Shown here one piece after another: positions 39,695-47,912 of a stretch of 64,000 nt of DNA. The notes under the pieces were generated by a model, which had not been told where the DNA came from, searched no databases, and saw only the letters and a list, made by a program, of their open reading frames with translations. The position numbers and the translations under genes were made by a program. Each line of letters opens with the position of its first letter. The stretch's first letter is position 1. Source of the DNA: a virus (Duplodnaviria > Caudoviricetes); IMG/VR virus record IMGVR_UViG_3300014208_000024, positions 288,001 through 352,000 of that record, one strand, 5' to 3'.

Positions 39695-39882
39695 ACGAAG
39701 CGAAAGGAAAAACAGGGTTTCAGGTTTTTGTTACTTAGAGTTTTTGTGCAGTCAGCTTCAAAGGGTTAAATTCCCTTGCAAAACTCACTTGAAAGTTAAA
39801 ACCTCCTGATCTGGTTAAACCCCAGATAACTTCGATGGTGTGAAAACCGAAAAAAAGAGGGGTGAAATCCTCTTTTTTTATT
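39695..39882 (+). ncRNA. Candidate structured small RNA (~140 nt plus terminator)
   Basis: Promoter-to-terminator unit with no ORF; nested helices CGAAG/CTTCG, AGGTTTT/AAAACCT, GAGTTTT/AAAACTC, AAGGG/CCCTT, TCTGG/CCAGA. Confidence 0.6.
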
Positions 39883-39936
39883 TCCCACTTTTTCAAATAA
39901 TTTGCTTTATATACTCACAAACCAACAATTAAAACA

Positions 39937-40194
39937 ATGGCAACAAAAAAATTAAGAATTTCAACGATAATGGGTGATTACAATTTAGGATTGTTTCAAA
40001 ACAAAATTGAATTTAAAGAACCTTTAAGCTCTTTTGAAAAAGATGAATTAAAAGCAAGTGTTTTGCACAGGGAATTTAAAACAATTGAAGAACATGATGC
40101 CTATTTGACTGCTTTAAAAGATGCAAGTGAATATCTTAACATAAGAGTTTTGACAGCAGAAGAAGTGAAAAAAATTAACAGAATGAGAATATGA
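39937..40194 (+). CDS. Hypothetical early protein
   Basis: Own promoter. Confidence 0.6.
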   Translation: MATKKLRISTIMGDYNLGLFQNKIEFKEPLSSFEKDELKASVLHREFKTIEEHDAYLTALKDASEYLNIRVLTAEEVKKINRMRI

Positions 40195-40373
40195 AAGAAA
40201 TTAATTTAACCATTGAAGGAACTTTCACAACTCAGGAGGAACTTGAAAAGTATCTAAATGCAGTTTTGGAAAGCGTGAAATTGGCAAACAGCCTTAAACT
40301 CCCTTTTCACAATTTCTGTGGACACGATAATGACAGAAAAAATGAAATTTTCGCAACCGCAAAACACAAATAA
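40191..40373 (+). CDS. Small hypothetical protein
   Basis: ATGA overlap with the upstream gene. Confidence 0.55.
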   Translation: MKEINLTIEGTFTTQEELEKYLNAVLESVKLANSLKLPFHNFCGHDNDRKNEIFATAKHK

Positions 40374-40374
40374 T

Positions 40375-40644
40375 ATGGCAAATTTTAAACCACAAGTCAC
40401 AATTATAACAAGTGAAACCCGTAGGGAATATGCAAACAGTTTTGGCACAAAAAACCCCTATAAAACAATTTCTTACCCCACCTATAAAGATCTTTTAAAA
40501 AACATTAAAAGGCACTTAGAGGAAAACCTTGAAGATACTGTATCCGTATCCCGATCAAAGCGGGGCGAATGGGGTGAATGGTTTGAAATATGGAAATTAA
40601 ATTGGCTCAATAAACCTGAAATTATAAAACAGGGCTGGATGTAA
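40375..40644 (+). CDS. Hypothetical protein
   Basis: Start ATG 40375. Confidence 0.6.
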   Translation: MANFKPQVTIITSETRREYANSFGTKNPYKTISYPTYKDLLKNIKRHLEENLEDTVSVSRSKRGEWGEWFEIWKLNWLNKPEIIKQGWM

Positions 40645-40704
40645 TTCTCCCTCTTTTCCAAATAATTTGCTTTATATACTCATAACCAATTAATTTTACA
40701 CAAT

Positions 40705-40932
40705 ATGAAAATAACATTTGAACCATCAGAAGAACAAAGTGGATCGTGGATATTCCATTACGGAAATGTTGAGCAAAACGGCAAAGAGTTTGAATTTAGC
40801 CTACTTGAAATGAAAGATGGAAATTCTGATTCAAAGGCATTTGAATTAACATGGTGCGAAGAAACACCAGACAATGCAATAGAAATTGAAAAAAAGGTTA
40901 TTAGGGAATTTGAAGTATTACAAATTGCTTAA
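40705..40932 (+). CDS. Small acidic early protein
   Basis: Own promoter; E/D-rich. Confidence 0.65.
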   Translation: MKITFEPSEEQSGSWIFHYGNVEQNGKEFEFSLLEMKDGNSDSKAFELTWCEETPDNAIEIEKKVIREFEVLQIA

Positions 40933-40990
40933 CTCTCCCCTCTTTTCCAAATAATTTGCTTTATATACTCATAACCAAAACCACAACAAA

Positions 40991-41314
40991 ATGGAAAGAA
41001 GAAAACTACCAGAAATTCCAAGCGAATTTATCGAACCATATTTGACAAAATTCATGGGAAATATAATAGAATTTGCGTCAACTGCTTGCACAGAAGAAGA
41101 ACTAAAAGAAAGAAATGGTGTGGGTTGGACTATTGCTGAATTAAAACAATGGATTAAAGGTGTTGAAATGTTTGTTTCTTGGACTTGTGGTATTCATGCC
41201 AGACTTGCAATGTCAAATGAATTTTACAACAGATGGAAATATATGCCTGATGATGAAATTAAAAGAATTTGCAAAAAGGTTATGGATAAAATTTATAGTG
41301 ATCCCACTTTTTAA
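40991..41314 (+). CDS. Hypothetical early protein
   Basis: Own promoter. Confidence 0.6.
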   Translation: MERRKLPEIPSEFIEPYLTKFMGNIIEFASTACTEEELKERNGVGWTIAELKQWIKGVEMFVSWTCGIHARLAMSNEFYNRWKYMPDDEIKRICKKVMDKIYSDPTF

Positions 41315-41359
41315 AATAATTTGCTTTATATACTCATAACCAATTAAACAAAAAAAATT

Positions 41360-41677
41360 ATGCCAAAGAAAAAACTTTCTCCAGCTGATGAAAAATTCAT
41401 CGCAAAATTTCTCAATGCTGATGGCAAACTGAATTTTGATGCTGCTAAAATCTTTCGTGAGAATCGTTTTACTGGTGAGAAATTTGAAGTTGATCCTATT
41501 TGTGCCAAAGCAATTGATTTCGTCTTTGCAGTTGAAAGAGCAATGCAATTTGGGGATGCAGCACTCAAAAGAGTTCACCCCGATCTTAAAATGAGCAATG
41601 CAGTCATGAATTTTGACAGAGCCAGGATGCTCGTTTGCAAACTCGATACAAAAGTTTATATGGGAATTTTGGACTAA
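41360..41677 (+). CDS. Hypothetical early protein
   Basis: Own promoter. Confidence 0.65.
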   Translation: MPKKKLSPADEKFIAKFLNADGKLNFDAAKIFRENRFTGEKFEVDPICAKAIDFVFAVERAMQFGDAALKRVHPDLKMSNAVMNFDRARMLVCKLDTKVYMGILD

Positions 41678-41750
41678 ATGAAAAGGGGGAACTTTCCCTC
41701 TTTTTTGTTTTATTTGCTTTATATACTCACTAACCAAAAAAAATAAAAAA

Positions 41751-42252
41751 ATGCACAATCTTCACTTTGTAATTACAACAGCAGACAGCCCCGAAGATGC
41801 CTGTAATAATGTGGAAACATTGATTTCCGATTTCGGGAATGAAAACAACTGGCGTACTGTTTGTGGGTGCGTTTCAGAAAAAAAATGAGGTTTACAATGC
41901 AAGTGATGGCCGCTATGAACCAAAAAACACCGAATACACAACCATTGCAAAGATTAATAAATGTGTAAGAGGTTGGATGAAAGAATGTTTTTATGGTGAT
42001 ACTGCAAAGAAAAAACTTGCAGAAGCAAAGGGAAAAATTAACTTAAACAAATGGACAAGTTCTGAATTGTTCTCCCTTAAAAGCCTTGCAACTCATCTTG
42101 ACCAAACTATTGCTTTCAGGAAAAAGAAATTTAATGTTCTTGAAAATGAATTTTTCGCTTGGAGTTTTGATGAATATGGAGTTACACAAGACAATAACTC
42201 AAATGATGATGAAGGTCAAAAATATGTCGTGTTTATTGATATGCATAGTTAA
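41751..42252 (+). pseudogene. Early gene frameshifted at an A8 run (41878-41885)
   Basis: ATG 41751 follows the promoter; removing one A joins MHNLHF...CGCVSE to KNEVYNASDG...IDMHS. Confidence 0.65.
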
Positions 42253-42345
42253 AACATTGAAAATCAGAGTATTAATAGTTAAAAAGGGATTTTCCCTCTT
42301 TTTCTTTTTATTTGCTTTATATACTTGTAACAAAAAACAATCATT

Positions 42346-42642
42346 ATGAAAGCTACTTGCAAAACCAGTTTTTTAGCCCTTAAAGGAATTATTGACATTG
42401 GGGATGTTGTTGAAATTGAATCTATACTTTCAACAGAAGATAAAGTTTTGAATACGAAAATAATAGTTACAAGGGATGAAAACGAACGTATAATATCTTC
42501 AGTTGTTGTCAGTGATGTTGTAAGTCCCAAAGGTAGCTTTGAAGGTTACAGAATAAAATCAAAAAACGGGAATACATATTCAGATAAAGAAATTTTAGGA
42601 ATGATCGAATATAAACCACTGTCTGAAATTTTTGAAAAATAA
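42346..42642 (+). CDS. Hypothetical early protein
   Basis: Own promoter. Confidence 0.6.
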   Translation: MKATCKTSFLALKGIIDIGDVVEIESILSTEDKVLNTKIIVTRDENERIISSVVVSDVVSPKGSFEGYRIKSKNGNTYSDKEILGMIEYKPLSEIFEK

Positions 42643-42698
42643 TTCTCCCACTTTTCAAAATAATTTGCTTTATATAATCACTAACCAAAACAATAATC

Positions 42699-42992
42699 AT
42701 GGAAACAAAAACGAAATCGGGATTTAGTGTAATCCAAATGGTAGAAATACCTGAAACCTTTTTGAGAAAAGGAGTTTTAAAAGAATTATCTGGGCGTGAA
42801 ATTTACACTGATACAGATGATGAACTGAATGAACAAATTTTCGCTGGTAATGTGTTTGAAACAATAGCCTGTGACCAAGCTGAAATACCCGAAAATTCAC
42901 CCCTCAAATTAAGCGCTGAAGACTTAAAACAAGTCGATGAACTTGCAGAAGAATTGGGAGAATATGAACTTATCAGAATAAACAAAATATAA
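42699..42992 (+). CDS. Small highly acidic early protein
   Basis: Own promoter and terminator; D/E-rich. Confidence 0.65.
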   Translation: METKTKSGFSVIQMVEIPETFLRKGVLKELSGREIYTDTDDELNEQIFAGNVFETIACDQAEIPENSPLKLSAEDLKQVDELAEELGEYELIRINKI

Positions 42993-43161
42993 TTTTTGGT
43001 TTGGTGAAGCAAGTGAAGGGAGGAAAGTGGTTCCTCCTTTTTTATTTTCTTTTTTTTAAATTTCTGTTTTGTCGTAAACCTCCCTATGTAAACTTTCCCT
43101 GGCAGGATTCCCACTTTCCAAAATAATTTGCTTTATATAGTTATAACCAAAAAATAAAGAA

Positions 43162-43698
43162 ATGAAAAAAACATCATTAACTGAAAAACAGAAAAAGATA
43201 GTTTCTGATCTGATCGCTGAATTTGAGGGCATAAACGCTCAGAAAAAATGCGACCACAATGACCTGTTTGCTTATATTGATAACACACTCAATGAGCGCA
43301 AAAGAATACAGGAAGAAATTATCCAGCATAACAAATTAATGTGTGCAAAACACCTTGAATACCTTGCTTCTATTGTTGGTGATGTTCGTAAAATGTGCGA
43401 AAGATATAATGTTTCGGTTGATTTTTCAAAAAGTATTTCGGGGACTATGAGAATAAGCTTTTATTTTTACAAAAGCAAAGATATGTTTGAAAAGTACGGA
43501 GAAAAAAGAGTGGGGTTTGATTGTTCACAACATGTTGATGTACTTATTGAAAACAGTAGAATTGAAGATGTAATGAAATACGGAGAAATTGTCGAATTAA
43601 GATGGAAAAAATCAAATTATGGATATGACATTGTAAAAAGAGAAGATTTCCCCAAATTTCTTGCCGACAAAATCATCGAAGTAAACAAAACTTTTTAA
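43162..43698 (+). CDS. Hypothetical early protein
   Basis: Own promoter. Confidence 0.65.
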   Translation: MKKTSLTEKQKKIVSDLIAEFEGINAQKKCDHNDLFAYIDNTLNERKRIQEEIIQHNKLMCAKHLEYLASIVGDVRKMCERYNVSVDFSKSISGTMRISFYFYKSKDMFEKYGEKRVGFDCSQHVDVLIENSRIEDVMKYGEIVELRWKKSNYGYDIVKREDFPKFLADKIIEVNKTF

Positions 43699-43768
43699 AA
43701 GAAAAGTGGGAACTCTCCCACTTTTTTATTATATTTGCTTTATATAGTCATAACCAATAATTAAGACA

Positions 43769-44719
43769 ATGGCAAAAAGAAATAATTTTTTCAATAAAAG
43801 AAAAAATAACTATTACGATTTTGGAGATAACATTTGGGGTCAAATATTATCCACAAGTGGAATAAATGGTTTTATGCACGATATGTTTGTAGACATGAGC
43901 AGACGTGAACACCAAGAAAAACTGAAAAAAGCTGGAATCGTATTAAACGAAGAACATAATCTCTTTGGAGTGCCAAGCAAAAATATTCCATTTAAGTATA
44001 TTAAAATTGATTTCATTCATGACAAATTTTATGTTTGTTATGTTAAAATGGATTATGTTAAAATGGATATTGACGATGATTTTCAAATGGTTACTGTTTG
44101 TAAAGAAGATGGAACAGAAATGTTTACAGTTGAAGAAAAGAGTTTTGATTACCTGCACTTTGAAGATTTTTTTCTTGTAAAAGAAAGAAAAGAAAAAAAC
44201 TATATGCTTCATGGTCTTTGTGGCACAATTAAAACAAAACACGTTTTCAGACCAATGTTTCATTCTAAATTTGATAAAGATTCTGATTTCTGTATTCTGG
44301 GGAATAATGATTTCTCTGGTGAATGTGTTATAAACAAAAAAGGTGAAGTTGTTTTTGAAAAGAAAGATTACAATAGCCTTTATCTTCATGGAAACATTTT
44401 AAGCACAGGAAGTAAAAATTATAACCTGTTTACGGGGGAATTAATTTGTGATAAAAGTTATCACAGTTCCCTCGATATAAAAGAATTTATGTTTATTCAG
44501 GTTGATGTTAATCAGGTTTATAAGATCAACAAAAAAACCTGTGAATTTGAAGTCTTTGGAGAACCAAAACAAGCCCCTAAGTTAAACGATATTAAAATTT
44601 GTGAACACTCAGACACCACAGTTGCAGAAGTTCTCCCCAAACTCATTAAACAGGGCAGAAATGATATTTGTCAATGTGGTTCAGGTAAGAAGTTTAAAAA
44701 CTGTTGCATGAAAAAGTAA
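43769..44719 (+). CDS. Hypothetical protein with C-terminal SEC-C motif
   Basis: KQGRNDICQCGSGKKFKNCC. Confidence 0.75.
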   Translation: MAKRNNFFNKRKNNYYDFGDNIWGQILSTSGINGFMHDMFVDMSRREHQEKLKKAGIVLNEEHNLFGVPSKNIPFKYIKIDFIHDKFYVCYVKMDYVKMDIDDDFQMVTVCKEDGTEMFTVEEKSFDYLHFEDFFLVKERKEKNYMLHGLCGTIKTKHVFRPMFHSKFDKDSDFCILGNNDFSGECVINKKGEVVFEKKDYNSLYLHGNILSTGSKNYNLFTGELICDKSYHSSLDIKEFMFIQVDVNQVYKINKKTCEFEVFGEPKQAPKLNDIKICEHSDTTVAEVLPKLIKQGRNDICQCGSGKKFKNCCMKK

Positions 44720-44756
44720 CTCTCCCTCTTTTTAAAATAATTTGCTTTATATCTAC

Positions 44757-45203
44757 ATGGAAGAAAAAAAAGAAATAGGCATTAGGGCTCCTCTCCCCGA
44801 AATTGATCCCTTAAAAGATGTTACTATTATTGGCGCTGGTCATGTTGGCGTTGGAAAATCTTCTCTCATACAAGTTGAGGCAGCAATAAGAATGATGGCA
44901 GAAGGAAAAAAGGTAATTGTTATCACAGGTGATACAACTCCAAACATTGATCTTTCAAAAATTGATTTGGATAGCATTTCAATTCCTGTTTTAAAAAAGA
45001 TAAGTGAATTTCCAAGTCCAGTAATTTACGACCATGATACTCCAAACAAATTGGAAATGTTAAGGAATTTAAAACTTTCTCCTGAGCAAATTGATTACTT
45101 CCAAAATTCACCACCACAAAGATTGGAAGGGGAAAAACAAGAAGATTATAAAACTCGTAGAATGTTAAATAAATTAATTATAAAATATAGGGGGCAATTC
45201 TAA
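44757..45203 (+). CDS. Hypothetical protein with a nucleotide-binding-like loop
   Basis: IIGAGHVGVGKSS; start ATG 44757. Confidence 0.55.
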   Translation: MEEKKEIGIRAPLPEIDPLKDVTIIGAGHVGVGKSSLIQVEAAIRMMAEGKKVIVITGDTTPNIDLSKIDLDSISIPVLKKISEFPSPVIYDHDTPNKLEMLRNLKLSPEQIDYFQNSPPQRLEGEKQEDYKTRRMLNKLIIKYRGQF

Positions 45204-45346
45204 TGATTCTATTAAATAACAGTCAAAGTTTATTGCAACTTCCTGTGGAATATGCTTATTTTGTAGGTATTTTAATCGTTTTATTTTTAATTGGATTGCC
45301 TATAAGAATTTGGCTTTACAGAAGAAAGACAGGAAAAAATCAATAG
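45203..45346 (+). CDS. 47-aa single-TM protein (not in ORF track)
   Basis: TAATG coupling; FVGILIVLFLIGLPIRIWL followed by a basic tail. Confidence 0.55.
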   Translation: MILLNNSQSLLQLPVEYAYFVGILIVLFLIGLPIRIWLYRRKTGKNQ

Positions 45347-45384
45347 TTCTTCCACTTTTTTAAAAAATTTGCTTTATATAGTTG

Positions 45385-45775
45385 TAACAAAAAAAACGGG
45401 TTATCCGTATAAAATATTGGGAAAGGGTCGCTAAGGTTCCACCCCAAAACTGCGAAAGCGGTTCCGCAATGCCCAAAGCTTGCTTTATGGGAACCACCGA
45501 CAGCCCGTCCCAAAGGTTCATTGAGAATATAAAAAAATCTCCTATAACAGCCGAGTACGGTTGGTTGGAAAATGGAGATTCTGTCCGTACAACAGTTTTG
45601 GGATAAATGCTCATAATTAATAATCCCGCCGACATTTGAATGATCGGTTATGCCCCGTATGAAGCCGAGACCCTTAAGTGGCTCTGGCAATGACTGGGGC
45701 GCTAATAATCCTGAATAAAGAGCAATCCCGATGAACCGAAGGGGGGTAGGCAGTTCGCCTGTTCCCTCTTTTTTT
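45385..45775 (+). ncRNA. Candidate large structured ncRNA (~350 nt plus terminator)
   Basis: GC-richer, lacks a credible ORF, sits between a class-1 promoter and a terminator, many complementary segments including a GAAA tetraloop and long-range or pseudoknot pairings. Confidence 0.7.
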
Positions 45776-45830
45776 ATTCCCACTTTTATAAATAATTTGC
45801 TTTATATACTCATAACCAAAAATTAAGGTC

Positions 45831-46031
45831 ATGGAAACAAAAAGTTTAGACAAAAAAAAGAAATCAATAAAAGTAAAAGAAATGTATAAATTTCTTGGGA
45901 AGTTAATTAAAGAAGGAAAAGGCGACTATAAAATGAAAATTGACTTAAATGAATATTATGTAAGTTTAAAACGAATTTCAGTAATTGATGAATCAACTGT
46001 TTGTGAAAACAAAACTATAAATGTTTCATAA
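45831..46031 (+). CDS. Small hypothetical early protein
   Basis: Own promoter. Confidence 0.6.
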   Translation: METKSLDKKKKSIKVKEMYKFLGKLIKEGKGDYKMKIDLNEYYVSLKRISVIDESTVCENKTINVS

Positions 46032-46105
46032 TTCCCACTTTTGTAAATAATTTGCTTTATATACTTGAAAGAAATTTTTATTAACTAACACTAAATCAAT
46101 TAATT

Positions 46106-46578
46106 ATGGGCTTCACGCACTACTTCTACAGAAAAGAAAAGTTAGATCAGAAAACATTTGATCTCTTTGTTAAAGATGTAAAAGCAATCTTCGCTGATAC
46201 CAAAAGGCAAAAAAGAATTGCAATAGTTAACGGCTGGGGTGAAATGGGAACTCAACCAATAGCAAACTCAGAAGAAATTTGTTTCAATGGAGTTCAAAAC
46301 ACAAAAACAAATGTTGACAACAGCCATGAAACAATGTACATTTCACGTGTTGCAAACAAGAGCATTTTTACACCTGATTCCCCCTCGCTTTCGGGTTTTG
46401 CAAAACAGCAAGGAAGCCTTATGACAGGGTTGTAACAGCGGTTCTTATAGCATTTAAACATCATTTTCCTCATGCACAAATTCATTCTGACGGTGATATT
46501 GAAGATTTTGAGCTTGGCCGCAAAACTTGTACAAAACTCTTTGGTTACGGTTTTGGCTTTGAACTTGACAAAGATTAA
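46106..46578 (+). pseudogene. Early gene frameshifted at a C5 run (46380-46384)
   Basis: Adding one C joins ...TPDS to PLAFGFCKTARKPYD.VVTAVLIAFKHHF...SDGD...DKD*. Confidence 0.7.
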
Positions 46579-46775
46579 AAAGATTGGGTTCACCGTTATC
46601 CCCCCCTGGAAAACGGTTTGGTTATGATGGCTCGGAGTGGTTAACCGAGCCTTTTTTATTTTCTTTTTTTAAATTTCGGTTTGGTCGTAAACCCCATATC
46701 CACAATTCTGGTCCAGACAATTCCCACTTTTTCATTTAATTTGCTTTATATAGTCACAAACAAAAAATAATTTAT

Positions 46776-46925
46776 ATGAAAAACTTTGATGTAAAAATTA
46801 CAGGTTCAGGCACAAAAAGCGAGATCGTTGAATCTTTAAAAGCTATTATTGAAACAATAGAGAGTTCAGAATCAGAAAGAGAAATTGAAGCTGAAGATGA
46901 AACTCTTGTGGCAGAAATAAATTAA
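46776..46925 (+). CDS. 49-aa acidic early protein (not in ORF track)
   Basis: ATG after promoter 46721; E-rich tail. Confidence 0.6.
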   Translation: MKNFDVKITGSGTKSEIVESLKAIIETIESSESEREIEAEDETLVAEIN

Positions 46926-46980
46926 TTCCACTTTTTCATTTAATTTGCTTTATATAGTCATAACCAAAATACTTATCTAA

Positions 46981-47301
46981 ATGAACGAAACAGAAAAAAA
47001 TATAAAGAAATTTGCCCAAATGATCGAAAATGAAATTGGAATTAAAGTTTTTCAATCATTTGAAAGTCGATACGGAGGATGGTGCAATTTTTACTTTAAC
47101 GAATTATACTCAGACGATATGATAAAGTTGGGTAATTTTATTAATAAACATTTCTCAACCCCTGGGGCATTTACAGAACGTTGTTTGAGATTGGTTGTAA
47201 GTCCTGAAAATCGTTTAAGTCTTGTTGTTATTGCACAAAGATTAAATGATTTTATGAAAAATGGCAAAATAACAGATATTCGATGTTATCCCACTTCTTA
47301 A
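46981..47301 (+). CDS. Hypothetical early protein
   Basis: Own promoter. Confidence 0.6.
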   Translation: MNETEKNIKKFAQMIENEIGIKVFQSFESRYGGWCNFYFNELYSDDMIKLGNFINKHFSTPGAFTERCLRLVVSPENRLSLVVIAQRLNDFMKNGKITDIRCYPTS

Positions 47302-47345
47302 AATAATTTGCTTTATATAGTCATAACCAATAAAAAAATAAAGTC

Positions 47346-47798
47346 ATGGGCGGATTTACTTCTATAAAATTAAAAGATTGTTCGAGAGGAAACATTGTCA
47401 GACAGAATACAATTCTGGACATTTACAAAGTACCCAAAAAATATCGTTTCTCCTGCTTGGAAAATGAACAGGCAATTGAATACGAATACTTCAAAAGGGG
47501 CATGGGTTCTTTTCCTGAAAGACAATTCCCCAAAAACAAAATCAATTCTCTGGAAGATTTCAAAAAATTCTGGACACCTGAAGCTCTTGGAGAAGTGTTT
47601 GTGCCTCCCTCTGGCACTCTGCAATTTGATTGTTATTTCGGCAGAACTTCAAAAAAAGCAATGCGTAAAATGGGAAGATACATAGCTGAAAACATAAGGG
47701 AATTTAAAGAGTTTGAAGGTTCATTCTCAACCTTTATGGAAAGAGGAATGACAGCTATTGAACGTAAAATTGTTGATGAAAGCGGAATTTCATATTAA
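47346..47798 (+). CDS. Hypothetical early protein
   Basis: Own promoter. Confidence 0.65.
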   Translation: MGGFTSIKLKDCSRGNIVRQNTILDIYKVPKKYRFSCLENEQAIEYEYFKRGMGSFPERQFPKNKINSLEDFKKFWTPEALGEVFVPPSGTLQFDCYFGRTSKKAMRKMGRYIAENIREFKEFEGSFSTFMERGMTAIERKIVDESGISY

Positions 47799-47912
47799 AT
47801 AAAAGGGGGGTTCTCTCCCTCTTTTTCTTTTTATTTGCTTTATATAGTTATAAATAGTAAAAAATTTCATGTATTACGAAATAATTTATAAACCACTAAA
47901 AAACAAATAGTT

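Noticed and set aside
26483-43855. DnaA boxes TTATCCACA at ~26483 and ~43846
   Set aside because: Isolated and inside coding sequence.
45385-45775. RNase P RNA, tmRNA or group I/II intron
   Set aside because: No GAGGAAAGTCC/CAGAA..CGGCTTA, no tRNA-Ala-like ends, no P7 or domain V signature, and it does not interrupt a gene.
45340-45783. 147-aa minus-strand ORF and other antisense shadow ORFs in the track
   Set aside because: No promoter or leader on that strand, atypical composition, and they overlap better-supported features.
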